Shown here in pieces: positions 45,574 to 55,677 of a stretch of 64,000 bases of DNA. The notes under the pieces were generated by a model. The model worked only from the letters and a program-made list of their open reading frames with translations, had not been told where the DNA came from and did no database searches. The translations under genes and the position numbers were made by a program. Source of the DNA: an uncultured bacterium (GTDB taxonomy: Bacteria > Fidelibacterota > Marinisomatia > Marinisomatales > UBA1611); assembly GCA_964586315.1 (NCBI GenBank), contig CAZPHE010000001.1:29125-93124 (forward strand). Reading direction: 5' to 3'. How positions within the stretch are numbered: position 1 is the first letter of the stretch; every line of letters starts with the position of its first letter.

Positions 45574-47947
45574 AATTGTTTTGTTTAACAACTTAGATAA
45601 AAAAGCCCAAACATTATCTCTTTATATTTTATTCTTATTTTTAACCACATGTTCCAACCAAAAAAACATACTTTTGGGCAAAAGCACTATTAATATTATC
45701 CCAAAACCCAATTCTATAATTACTGGGGATGGTCCTTTTAAGCTTGAACTAATTAATAAAATTTCTATTGAAAACGGATCTAATTCAGAAAAATCTATAG
45801 CTCATTTATTTCAAAACCATTTAAAACCCATAAAAACATTAAAAATAGAACAACTAAAAGGTGAGACAATTGGGAAAATTATAATTAGCATGAATCCCAA
45901 CCTTAATATTCCAGAAGAGGGTTACCATCTAACAATCGGTAATAATCAATCAATAGAACTGAAAGCATCCTCTTTTGGTGGATTGTTTTATGGCTTCCAA
46001 TCTTTTCGTCAATTATGTGATAAAAACCTTGATGCTAACATTAAACCCGAAAACCTCTCTATTCCAAAATGTGTTATTGAAGACTCCCCTGTTTTTGGAT
46101 ACCGGGGAATGCACCTAGATGTTTCTAGGCACTTTTTTGATGTTGAGTTCATCAAGACCTATCTAGACATGATTGCACTACATAAAATGAATGTTTTTCA
46201 CTGGCACCTTACAGACGACAATGGCTGGAGGATTGAAATAAAAAAATATCCTTTATTAACAAAAAAATCTGCATGGCGAATTGACAGAACAAATGAACCG
46301 TGGAAAGAACAATCTCCTGCAAAAGAAAACGAAAAGCCTACATATGGAGGGTTTTATACCCAAAATGAAATCCGTGAGGTAATTCAATACGCTGCAGATC
46401 GAAATATTATGGTAATACCTGAGATTGAAATGCCTGGTCATACATCTGAAGTTTTTGCAGCATATCCAGAGCTGTCTTGCAAAGGAGAATTTATAGACGT
46501 AAACCCGGGATCATACTGGCCAAATGTTGATATTTTTTGCGCTGGAAATGATAATGTGTTTGTGTTTCTTGAAAATGTTTTAGATGAAGTTTCAGAACTT
46601 TTCCCGGGGCCATATATACATATTGGTGGTGATGAAGCAGATAAATTAAACTGGGCAAATTGCACCAAATGTCAAAATCGCATAAAAACCGAAGAACTAA
46701 AAAATGAACATGAACTTCAAAGTTGGTTTATTAAAAAAATAGAAAAATTCATTTTGAAAAAAAATAAAAAACTAGTTGGTTGGGATGAAATACTAGAAGG
46801 TGGATTGGCAAAAACAGCAACCGTGATGAGCTGGCGAGGAATGCAGGGTGGAATCGAATCTGCAAAATCAGGACACGAAGTAATAATGTGCCCCACTTCT
46901 CACTGTTACTTTGATTATTATCAGGCCAACCCAGAAACATCTCCCGAAGCAATTGGAGGGTTCACAACTTTAAAAAAGGTATATTCATTTAATCCGATAC
47001 CTAACGAATTATTGGAAAACGAAAAACATCTTGTTTTAGGAGCTCAGGGCAATCTTTGGACTGAATATGTTCAAACACCAGAACGTGCACAATATCGTGT
47101 TTTGCCTAGAATGACCGCGTTATCCGAAATTCTTTGGTCAGGACCGGGTAATAATACCTATGAAGATTTTTATTTTAGACTAAAACACTTACTAAAGCGG
47201 TTTGAAACTCTAAACTGGTCATATGCTCCTGGTTCTTTTGTTGTTTCTATTAACCCCGATCATCAATCTATAGATCAAAAATATAAAGTGAATATATTTT
47301 CTGAAAAACCAGGTGAAAAAATCAGGTACACATTAGATGGAACGGATCCTGCCCAAACATCATTTATCTTTAAAAAACCAATTGTAATTAACAAAAGGAC
47401 TACGATAAAAGCAGCCTTGTTTATTGATAATGTGCGCGCAGGAAAAATATCTGATAAAACTGTTTTTTTTAGTAAAGCAATGGGAAAAAACATATTCTAT
47501 AATAATATCTATAGTGAAAGATACTCTGGAAATGGACCTTTGACTTTAGTAGATGGCATGACAGGAACCATTGCACATAATGATGGCTATTGGCAAGGTT
47601 GGGAAAAATCAAATCTAGACGTGATTATCGATTTGCAACACAACGAGCTAATTTCAATGGTTTCTATTGGTTTTCTTGAATCTCAAAAGTCATGGATATT
47701 TTTCCCAACTCTTATCAAAATTTCTTTTTCTAATGATAGAAAATTATTCAGTGAAGAGTCTCGGATTAGGATTGGTGATGGGTATAAAAATAACACAGCA
47801 AATAGAAAACTATTCAAAAGCAAACAATTAAATATTTCAGCTAGATATATTAAAATACAGGCAATCAACAGAGAGACATGCCCAGATTGGCACCCAGGGT
47901 TCGGGGGGAAAGCCTGGATTTTCTCAGATGAAATAATTGTTGAATAA
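45527..47947 (+). CDS. GH20 beta-N-acetylhexosaminidase with C-terminal discoidin (F5/8 type C)-like domain
   Basis: RGMHLDVSRHF, NVFHWHLTDDNGWRIEI and the catalytic HIGGDEA. The C-terminal ~150 aa resemble a carbohydrate-binding module. Lipobox-like LFLTTCSN. The start is uncertain, either ATG 45527 overlapping speB or TTG 45581. Confidence 0.85.
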   Translation: MNSYLLSLLKKETSYKIVLFNNLDKKAQTLSLYILFLFLTTCSNQKNILLGKSTINIIPKPNSIITGDGPFKLELINKISIENGSNSEKSIAHLFQNHLKPIKTLKIEQLKGETIGKIIISMNPNLNIPEEGYHLTIGNNQSIELKASSFGGLFYGFQSFRQLCDKNLDANIKPENLSIPKCVIEDSPVFGYRGMHLDVSRHFFDVEFIKTYLDMIALHKMNVFHWHLTDDNGWRIEIKKYPLLTKKSAWRIDRTNEPWKEQSPAKENEKPTYGGFYTQNEIREVIQYAADRNIMVIPEIEMPGHTSEVFAAYPELSCKGEFIDVNPGSYWPNVDIFCAGNDNVFVFLENVLDEVSELFPGPYIHIGGDEADKLNWANCTKCQNRIKTEELKNEHELQSWFIKKIEKFILKKNKKLVGWDEILEGGLAKTATVMSWRGMQGGIESAKSGHEVIMCPTSHCYFDYYQANPETSPEAIGGFTTLKKVYSFNPIPNELLENEKHLVLGAQGNLWTEYVQTPERAQYRVLPRMTALSEILWSGPGNNTYEDFYFRLKHLLKRFETLNWSYAPGSFVVSINPDHQSIDQKYKVNIFSEKPGEKIRYTLDGTDPAQTSFIFKKPIVINKRTTIKAALFIDNVRAGKISDKTVFFSKAMGKNIFYNNIYSERYSGNGPLTLVDGMTGTIAHNDGYWQGWEKSNLDVIIDLQHNELISMVSIGFLESQKSWIFFPTLIKISFSNDRKLFSEESRIRIGDGYKNNTANRKLFKSKQLNISARYIKIQAINRETCPDWHPGFGGKAWIFSDEIIVE

Positions 47948-47954
47948 AGAAAAA

Positions 47955-49466
47955 TTATTCACCAAATGCTGCAAATCTAAAACTGGATATTTGAGAAGGA
48001 GTGTGTTCTTTAGTCATTATATGCCTGACTTTGGATAAAATCTGAGGGTGATCCTTCGCAATATTATTTTTTTCTTTTAAATCTTTAGAAAGGTCAAAAA
48101 GTTCTATTTCAAGATTCCCTTTAAATATTCCTTTACGTATTCCTTTATAGTTGTCTATTCTAACAGCTTGTTGACCACCATATTCAGGAATTTCCCAATA
48201 TAAATATTCATGGTTTTTTGTTTGTTTTTTCCCAAGAAGCACATTTAAAAAACTGATGCCATCAGTCTTTGGATTTTCTCCAGCACCGCATAATTCAACA
48301 AATGTTGGTAAAAAATCCTGAAAGGCAGATAGGTGGTCGGTTTTACTTCCTGGTTTTATACGACCAGACCAATTAACAATCATCGGGACTCGGATTCCTC
48401 CTTCCTTTAAAAACCCTTTTCCCCATCCATATGCTGCACTAAATGGTTTCGCGCTATTGAAAAATTTTGTGTCTGCCCCTCCAGTATATGTTGGTCCATT
48501 GTCGCTAGTGAAAACAATAATAGTGTTTTCTAAAAGATTGTTTTTTTTTAATACCGCTATCAAATTCCCAACCTGTTCATCCAACGTAGAAATCATAGCA
48601 GCATAAGTTGCCCTTGGAGTCTGATTGGGAAAGTAGTTTTTACCTATATAAGGAGATTCATTTCCTAATTTGTTTTTATAATAGTTTGTCCATTTATTGG
48701 GTGCCTGCAGTGGAACATGTGGCAAAGGTGAAGCATAGATTAATAAAAACCGTTTGTTGGTGTTTTGTTCTATAAAACCTATGGCTTTTTTATGCATTAC
48801 ATCTGGAGCATATTCTTTTAAAGAAAACTTTGAATAACTTTCCACATCGTATATATCGGATCCTAGATCTAATCCTGAATGCGGAAGTATTGCTTTATTA
48901 TTTAAAATTATTTTTTTATCGTTTTCCCAAAGATGCATAGGGTACAATGTGTGCGCTTGTCTTTGGCAATTATAACCAAAAAAGTAACTAAAACCCTGAT
49001 TGTTTGGGTCACCTTCTGTTCCTGGTCCACCTAATCCCCATTTTCCTATAAAACCAGTTTCATATCCACTACTTTGAATCAATTCCGCAAAAGTCAAAAC
49101 AGAATCAGAAAGAGGTCTTTGGCCTTCTAGTTTTTCATTTTTAAACACTTCAAGATAATTCCACACATTGCCTCGATCTTTCAACTCATCATTCCCTCTA
49201 ATATAGGTGTGACCAGAATGTTTACCTGTTAGCAACACTGAACGAGATGGCGCACAAACAGGAGAACCAGAATAATGTTGGGTAAAAAGTATTCCACTTT
49301 TTGCAAGCGAATCAATATTTGGCGTCTCAATTAATTGTTGACCATATACACCGATTTCTCCATAACCTAGATCATCTGCTAGTATAAAAACAATATTGGG
49401 GTGTTCTTGTTTTTTAGAACAAGACATATAAAATAATATTCCAAAAACTATTATAACTGATTTCAT
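47955..49466 (-). CDS. formylglycine-dependent sulfatase (arylsulfatase A family), lipoprotein
   Basis: FILADDLGYGE followed by the sulfatase signature SPVCAPSRSVLLTGK (C-x-P-x-R). Downstream GKWGLG and FTSDNGP blocks. Signal/lipobox MSCSKK. Confidence 0.9.
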   Translation of the reverse strand: MKSVIIVFGILFYMSCSKKQEHPNIVFILADDLGYGEIGVYGQQLIETPNIDSLAKSGILFTQHYSGSPVCAPSRSVLLTGKHSGHTYIRGNDELKDRGNVWNYLEVFKNEKLEGQRPLSDSVLTFAELIQSSGYETGFIGKWGLGGPGTEGDPNNQGFSYFFGYNCQRQAHTLYPMHLWENDKKIILNNKAILPHSGLDLGSDIYDVESYSKFSLKEYAPDVMHKKAIGFIEQNTNKRFLLIYASPLPHVPLQAPNKWTNYYKNKLGNESPYIGKNYFPNQTPRATYAAMISTLDEQVGNLIAVLKKNNLLENTIIVFTSDNGPTYTGGADTKFFNSAKPFSAAYGWGKGFLKEGGIRVPMIVNWSGRIKPGSKTDHLSAFQDFLPTFVELCGAGENPKTDGISFLNVLLGKKQTKNHEYLYWEIPEYGGQQAVRIDNYKGIRKGIFKGNLEIELFDLSKDLKEKNNIAKDHPQILSKVRHIMTKEHTPSQISSFRFAAFGE

Positions 49467-49467
49467 T

Positions 49468-50118
49468 TTAAAATTTATTAATCATATAAGATTCTATAGT
49501 CTGAATGCCTAGTGGAGCATTCTTTAGGCTCAAAACAATAGCTTTAGCTATAGACCTGGCTTGCGCTGCTCTATATTTTTTTAGTAGACCAATCATCAAT
49601 GGGTTTATTATACTAAAAACAACTTTACCTGCCAATTCTCCGATTCGAATTTCTTTTCTTTTGCCTAAAATCAATGATGGTTTGAAAATTTGAATTATAG
49701 GTATATTTAATTGTTTTATTTTGTTTCCTGTTTCGCCTTTTATTTTATTATAAAAATTTTTTGAATCTGCATTAGCTCCAAGAGAAGTTACAATTGAAAA
49801 TGATTTCGCATTTGTATTTTGAGCACACGTAGCAAATTTTATTGGCAATTGGAAATCTACGTATTTAAACGCTTTCTTTGTTCCAGCCTTTTTTATTGTT
49901 GTTCCCAAGCAACAAAAAACACGATTAACTGGTTTAAGGCTGTTAAAAGAGATTGGATCATTAAAGTCAACGATTAATTCTTTTAATTTCTCTGATGTTG
50001 TGAATTGTTTTTTTCTTACAAGCGCAACTACTGAAATGAAGTTGTTTGAAAACAATAATTCTTTTACAAGACAATGTTCAACCAGTCCTGCACTACCCAC
50101 GACTAAAGCTGAAATCAT
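49468..50118 (-). CDS. NAD(P)-binding Rossmann-fold protein (atypical SDR/NmrA-like)
   Basis: N-terminal VVGSAGLVEHCLVKELL is a degenerate GxxGxxG. The size and pattern resemble HTATIP2/YbjT-like atypical SDRs. Weak assignment. Confidence 0.45.
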   Translation of the reverse strand: MISALVVGSAGLVEHCLVKELLFSNNFISVVALVRKKQFTTSEKLKELIVDFNDPISFNSLKPVNRVFCCLGTTIKKAGTKKAFKYVDFQLPIKFATCAQNTNAKSFSIVTSLGANADSKNFYNKIKGETGNKIKQLNIPIIQIFKPSLILGKRKEIRIGELAGKVVFSIINPLMIGLLKKYRAAQARSIAKAIVLSLKNAPLGIQTIESYMINKF

Positions 50119-50208
50119 ATTAAAAAACTATAAGACATATATAAGTTTGGTCATTTTTGTGTATAAACTTAATGCGTATTAGATTTTAACAAACTTTTAG
50201 GGATTCTA

Positions 50209-50742
50209 ATGAAAACATTGTCTATTCTCTCCTTAATTATTGTTGCTGGGTGTTCGTCTGGAACACCTGTTAATATGGAAGATGTTCTATATGAGCGTAG
50301 TGGTCGTTATATAACCGGTGATAATTATAGTAGTTTGTTTTATAAAAATCAGAAAGTATATAGTGGTCCCGGGTTTAAATTATATCGTACCGGTGAAAAA
50401 ATGGAAGAAGGAATTTTAAAAAATGGATGGAAGTCAGATGTTTGGACAGGGTGGTATAAAGACGGAAAGAAAAAGTTTGTTGGTAAATATAAAAAGGGGA
50501 AGCCCGATGGAGAGTGGTCTGGGTATTATAGAAATGGACAAAAAAAATATGAAGGGAGTTATTATAAGGGTTTTCAAATTGGAACATGGAATTATTTTAG
50601 TAAAAAAGGTGAAAAGAAATTAGAAGAAAGTTACTTTATTTGTACAGATGAGTGTGAAGAAACACACCCGCCCGATCGAAGGGGAACTAAATATATATGT
50701 GAAAACCTCGGGAAAATTATTGAAACAAAAAAAGATTTTTAA
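50209..50742 (+). CDS. lipoprotein with MORN/YwqK-type repeats
   Basis: Lipobox IVAGCSSG. Repeats GWKSDVWTGWYKDGKKKFVGKYKKGKPDGEWSGYYRNGQKKYEGSYYKGFQIGTWNYF. Confidence 0.6.
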   Translation: MKTLSILSLIIVAGCSSGTPVNMEDVLYERSGRYITGDNYSSLFYKNQKVYSGPGFKLYRTGEKMEEGILKNGWKSDVWTGWYKDGKKKFVGKYKKGKPDGEWSGYYRNGQKKYEGSYYKGFQIGTWNYFSKKGEKKLEESYFICTDECEETHPPDRRGTKYICENLGKIIETKKDF

Positions 50743-52142
50743 TCTCTTTTTAGAACCGATAAATAATTTGTTGTTCCAGACACACCAACGGGGATACCAC
50801 CAGTAATTACATATTTTACACCTTTCTCCAGTAACGCGTTATCAGCAAGCGCAGCATTGACTATATCAGGAATTTCATCAGATGAAATATACTCTTTCAC
50901 TAAAATAGGATTTACACCCCATACTATTGCAAGCTGTCTACAAATTGTTTTGAATGGTGTCATGGCGATGATTTTTGCTGAAGGACGGTAACGGGAAATC
51001 ATCCGTGCAGTGCTTCCAGAATGAGTCATTGTAACCAAGGTTTTTATTTCCCGGTCTGCAGCAACCGAACACGCAGCAGAACCGATTGCCTGAGAAGTGT
51101 TTGTATTTACATGATCAATATGATTAAAGAAGTTTTTATAATTAATTGAAGATTCTGTTTCTTTAATAACCCGACCCAATAGTTTTATAACTTTTTGAGG
51201 ATGCTTACCAATAGCTGTTTCACCAGTAACCATTAATGCATCTGCGCCGTCTAATATAGCATTCGCGATATCGCTTACTTCTGCTCTGGTTGGAACAGGA
51301 CGATGTGTCATGGAATCTAAAATTTGTGTGGCAATAACAACGGGTTTGCCGGACCGGTTAGCTTTTTCAACAACATCATTTTGAATTAATGGTACTTTTT
51401 CTAATGGGAGCTCTACGCCTAAATCTCCTCTTGCAACCATGACACCATCAAAAACATCTATTATTTCACTCATTTTATCAACAGCTTCCCATTTTTCTAT
51501 TTTTGCCATAATTGGCACATTATAACCAAAATCATTTATTTTTTTTCTGACAAAATCATAATCTTCTGGAGACCGAACAAATGATAAAGCAATCCAATCT
51601 GCTCCTTTTCTTAATGAAAGTTTGAGGTCTTTTATGTCTTGCTCTGTTAAGGTTGGTAGGTCTAATGCCACGCCGGGGAAGTTGACCCCCTTCTTGTTTT
51701 CAATCAACCCACCTTCAAGAACTTTACATAATAAAGTAGAATTAGAAATATGTTTCACAACCTCTAAAGTGACTCGCCCATCATCTATAAGTATTTTTGC
51801 TCCTTTATTAACTTTTTGAAACCTTACTCCCTTAGATACTTGTATTACGCTGTTGCCAGACATTTCATTACTAATTTGAATATTTTGTCCTTTTTCTATA
51901 TTAAAAGGTTTTTTAAGTTTTTTTACGCGGATTTTGGGTCCTGCTAAATCTGCCAACACAGACGGTTGTAAGCCCGAGGGTAATTTAATAGAGCGTATTC
52001 GTTCAAAATATTTTGCTTTTTCTTCAGGGGTTCCATGGGACAAGTTGACACGAACACAAGAAACCCCCAAATCTACCAATTTTTGAAGCTGTTCACCATC
52101 AGAGCAACTTGGACCTATTGTGCAAATTATTTTTGTTCGCAT
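50739..52142 (-). CDS. pyk: pyruvate kinase
   Basis: MRTKIICTIGPS, RVNLSHG, MVARGDLGVE and TQILDSM motifs across a full-length 467 aa. Confidence 0.95.
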   Translation of the reverse strand: MRTKIICTIGPSCSDGEQLQKLVDLGVSCVRVNLSHGTPEEKAKYFERIRSIKLPSGLQPSVLADLAGPKIRVKKLKKPFNIEKGQNIQISNEMSGNSVIQVSKGVRFQKVNKGAKILIDDGRVTLEVVKHISNSTLLCKVLEGGLIENKKGVNFPGVALDLPTLTEQDIKDLKLSLRKGADWIALSFVRSPEDYDFVRKKINDFGYNVPIMAKIEKWEAVDKMSEIIDVFDGVMVARGDLGVELPLEKVPLIQNDVVEKANRSGKPVVIATQILDSMTHRPVPTRAEVSDIANAILDGADALMVTGETAIGKHPQKVIKLLGRVIKETESSINYKNFFNHIDHVNTNTSQAIGSAACSVAADREIKTLVTMTHSGSTARMISRYRPSAKIIAMTPFKTICRQLAIVWGVNPILVKEYISSDEIPDIVNAALADNALLEKGVKYVITGGIPVGVSGTTNYLSVLKRD

Positions 52143-52247
52143 AAGTTCTTTTAAATATTTAACTGTTTAATAAAATAAAAGTTAATTTAAAACTGTTTTG
52201 TTTGAATATTGTTTGCATCAATCAAAAAGATAAAAACAAAAAAATGA

Positions 52248-52619
52248 TTAATTTAAAACTTGTGGTGCAATCAGTTTAAATTGATCAATTAATACCTCAA
52301 ATTCTTCTCCAAATTCATCTATCATGCGATAACTACCCTCCATAAATCCAACCGGAGTAGGCAGTGGACAAAAGCTCATATATTCAAAAGACTCTCCTGG
52401 CAATATCGTTGGTGTCTTCCCAATTACTCCAGGACCATGAACATCTTCAGAGTTTCCCTGCCCATCTACTATATGCCAATAACGACTTAATAACTTTACT
52501 TTGCTAGTAGAATTATTGGTAATAGTTATATGATAAGAAAAAAAATAATATGATCTAAATGGCTCAGACCGCTCTGGAAGATACGTTGGAGTTGTTATTA
52601 TTTTTATATCAGTATTCAA
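52248..52619 (-). CDS. apaG: ApaG (DUF525) protein
   Basis: 123 aa. YFFSYHITITNNS...VKLLSRYWHIVDGQGNSEDVHGPGVIGKTPTILPGESFEYMSFCPLPTPVGFMEGSY matches the ApaG beta-sandwich consensus. Confidence 0.8.
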   Translation of the reverse strand: MNTDIKIITTPTYLPERSEPFRSYYFFSYHITITNNSTSKVKLLSRYWHIVDGQGNSEDVHGPGVIGKTPTILPGESFEYMSFCPLPTPVGFMEGSYRMIDEFGEEFEVLIDQFKLIAPQVLN

Positions 52620-53072
52620 TTAGCAAAATTACTCTTTTTAGAACCAAACTCCCATTTTTATTACCTAAACATCTATTGATATTTCAATCTTACGTTAAAT
52701 AATAAACAAGTTTATTAACTGTTTGATTTTCCTTTCTTTTGTTTGTTAAACAAGGTTCTACATAGACCAATATCTAAATTACTCACATTTGCCATTTGAA
52801 TGAGAACAGGCCCCAAACACCTTCACATACCAAATAAAATTGATATAATAATCTCTTTCCAATCAGCAACTGTCGATATTCTTTAACATATTACATTGTT
52901 TTTGGACAACAACCATATAAAACAGAAAAAACCTTAGGTGTGTTTTATTAGCATTTCAATTATTTACTCTTAAAGTATAATTAGCGCATTAACCGATTAC
53001 TCTCTGGTGGAAATATATATAATGAAATCGAGGATGTTCCTTTTATTTAATTTCCATAAATTTTAATTCACT

Positions 53073-54869
53073 ATGAACGAAAACAAGAAATCAAATTACA
53101 CTTTCGTATTTTTATTGATACTTGGCTTCTTTCTAATCATAAGTAGAAGCACGGGCCCTTCTTCTGAAATAACACAAGACGAAATTATGGGTCATATTCG
53201 ATATTTATCACACCCAAATAGAGAAGGCAGGTCTCCCGGATCAAGAGGATCAAAAGATGTTATTTCTTATATAATTAAACAATTTAAATCATATGGAGTA
53301 AAACCTGGAGTTGGAAAATCCTTTACTCAACCTTTTGATTTAACAATTGGGGTTGCCCTTGGTGACACAAATATTTTAATAATTAATGATGACTCTCTGA
53401 TCGCGGGGCAAGATTACACCCCTCTTTCTTTTTCAACAAATGGATCGTTTTCTGGTCTTTCTGTTTTCGCAGGATATGGCTTTGACATCAAAGAAAACAA
53501 TTTAAGGTGGAGCGATTATTCAAATATCAATGTGAGTGATAAGTGGGTTATTGTAATGCGTCATAGCCCTGAAAGAGAAAATCAACATTCAATTTATACC
53601 CCCCACTCATCTTTGCATAAAAAAATGATTGTTGCTAAAGATGCTGGCGCAAAAGGAATTATATTTATTTCTCAAATTGAAGATGATGGTCTTTATCCTT
53701 TAGCATATACACGGGGTTATAATAACGCTGGAATTCCTGCCATCCATCTCTCTAATGATAAGGCAGATAAAATCCTTAAAAAATTTGGATGGTCTCGTAA
53801 AACCATTCAACAAAAAATGAATCATTCATTACAACCTTTAACTTTTGAGCTTAAAAATGTCATAATCGAATCACATGTAACTCTAAAACCAGTTAAAACC
53901 AGAGCTGCTAACGTAATTGGCGCTATAAAAAGTGGAAACAGGAAATATAGAGATGAATATGTGATTATCGGTGCACATTTTGATCATTTAGGATGGGGCG
54001 CTCAGGGATCTGGATCAAGAAAACCAAATGAAAAATTAATACACCCCGGTGCAGATGATAACGCATCGGGGGTTGCTGGGCTTTTAGAGCTGTCTCAAAA
54101 ATTATCAGCTCAAAAAAATAAATTAAAACGAAGTATATTATTCATAGCATTTGATGCAGAAGAAAAAGGTCTACTTGGAGCAAAAAACTTTATAGAAAAC
54201 CCAGCTGTTGATCTAAATAAAGTTGTCACCATGATTAATATGGACATGATAGGTAGAATGGAAGATTCTACAGCAACAGTTGGTGGTGTCGGAACCTCTC
54301 CAGCCTTTGAACATATCTTAGATAGCCTCAAAACAAAACATTCATTTCATTTATCAATGAACCAGCCTGGATTCGGACCAAGTGACCATGCCGCATTTTA
54401 TGCAAAAGATATACCCGTATTATTTTTCTTTTCTGGTTTTCACAACGAATATCATACACCAGATGACACGTGGAAACTCATTAATCTCGAAGGGGAAAAA
54501 AATATTTTAGACCTTATATATGATGTTGTTTTCTATTTGGCAAGAACTCCAAAAACACCTGTTTTTTCCAAAGCTGGACCAACAACCGGACCAATGAGTG
54601 CACCAAAAAGATTTAAAGTAACTTTTGGAATTATGCCATCCTATGGCAGCACAAAAAAGGGGCTAGAAGTAGAAAGCGTTTCAAATGTTAATGGTCCGGC
54701 AGCAAAAGCAGGCATTAAAAAAGGTGATATAATTAAGTCTATTAATGGAAAAACCGTCTTAGATATCTATGAATATATGGAAAGGCTTAGTAAGCTTGAT
54801 AAAGGAATGACCGTGCCGGTCATTATTGAAAGAGGTGAAAAAAATATAACCTTAGATGTGGCTTTTTAA
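53073..54869 (+). CDS. M28-family aminopeptidase with PA domain and C-terminal PDZ domain
   Basis: M28 zinc-ligand blocks GAHFDHLG, ADDNASGVAG, FDAEEKGLLGA, NMDMIG and PSDHAAF. An inserted PA-like region is present. C-terminal PDZ (GIKKGDIIKSINGKTV). Confidence 0.8.
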   Translation: MNENKKSNYTFVFLLILGFFLIISRSTGPSSEITQDEIMGHIRYLSHPNREGRSPGSRGSKDVISYIIKQFKSYGVKPGVGKSFTQPFDLTIGVALGDTNILIINDDSLIAGQDYTPLSFSTNGSFSGLSVFAGYGFDIKENNLRWSDYSNINVSDKWVIVMRHSPERENQHSIYTPHSSLHKKMIVAKDAGAKGIIFISQIEDDGLYPLAYTRGYNNAGIPAIHLSNDKADKILKKFGWSRKTIQQKMNHSLQPLTFELKNVIIESHVTLKPVKTRAANVIGAIKSGNRKYRDEYVIIGAHFDHLGWGAQGSGSRKPNEKLIHPGADDNASGVAGLLELSQKLSAQKNKLKRSILFIAFDAEEKGLLGAKNFIENPAVDLNKVVTMINMDMIGRMEDSTATVGGVGTSPAFEHILDSLKTKHSFHLSMNQPGFGPSDHAAFYAKDIPVLFFFSGFHNEYHTPDDTWKLINLEGEKNILDLIYDVVFYLARTPKTPVFSKAGPTTGPMSAPKRFKVTFGIMPSYGSTKKGLEVESVSNVNGPAAKAGIKKGDIIKSINGKTVLDIYEYMERLSKLDKGMTVPVIIERGEKNITLDVAF

Positions 54870-54870
54870 T

Positions 54871-55677
54871 TTACTCACCCAGCAAGACTCTTTCGCGTAT
54901 TTTTTCTGTTAGTTCAAGGACTGCCATCACATAATTATCAGCATGATTATATGCATAAATTGATTTGTAAATGTCGCCAGTTTTTTCATAATTACTACTA
55001 TTTGCTATATAACCGTTCATTCTAAGATAGTTGGCTATGCTGCCTAAAACATCATCCCAATTATAGGGTTCTCGAACACCATTTTCATTAAAATCAACGG
55101 AATAACGAATAAAACTAGATGGTATAAATTGCCCATAACCAAATGCACCCGCGTAAGAACCTCCTATTTCTTGAGGGTCAAGATGATCATTAAAACAATA
55201 CTTTAAAAACTCGGCTAATTCTTTTGTTGCCCATTTAGACCGTTTGGGCATTTCATGAATTTGTGTATATAGTGCATTGAACACTGAGAATTGAGAATGG
55301 TGAACGCCATAATTACTTTCAACACCAGCTATTGTTACAATAATAAAAGGATCAACGCTAAATTTTTTTGCTACTGATAAAATTAATTCCTCATTTTCAT
55401 TATAAAAGGAGACACCAGAAGCAATTCTAGACTTTTTAACAAAAATTTTTCGGTATTCAGGCCACGATTTTTTTTCATAGGGACGCGCAAATCGGCTTGC
55501 TATTTCTTTATGGATTTTTAATTCATCATGAGAAAATGCTTGTCGAACAAATGCGTCTGGTATTGCACCAGAAAGTTTTTCCGTTACCAGCTGATATGCC
55601 AAATCGTCATTGACGTTCTGTGCAGCTACTGAAACTGCTATTAATATTATTATGCTTTTTTTCATTATTGTTTCCAT
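54871..55677 (-). CDS. lytic murein transglycosylase (MltB/SLT_2-like)
   Basis: Catalytic-Glu context IAGVESNYG and downstream GAFGYGQFIPSSF. Signal peptide. Confidence 0.75.
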   Translation of the reverse strand: METIMKKSIIILIAVSVAAQNVNDDLAYQLVTEKLSGAIPDAFVRQAFSHDELKIHKEIASRFARPYEKKSWPEYRKIFVKKSRIASGVSFYNENEELILSVAKKFSVDPFIIVTIAGVESNYGVHHSQFSVFNALYTQIHEMPKRSKWATKELAEFLKYCFNDHLDPQEIGGSYAGAFGYGQFIPSSFIRYSVDFNENGVREPYNWDDVLGSIANYLRMNGYIANSSNYEKTGDIYKSIYAYNHADNYVMAVLELTEKIRERVLLGE

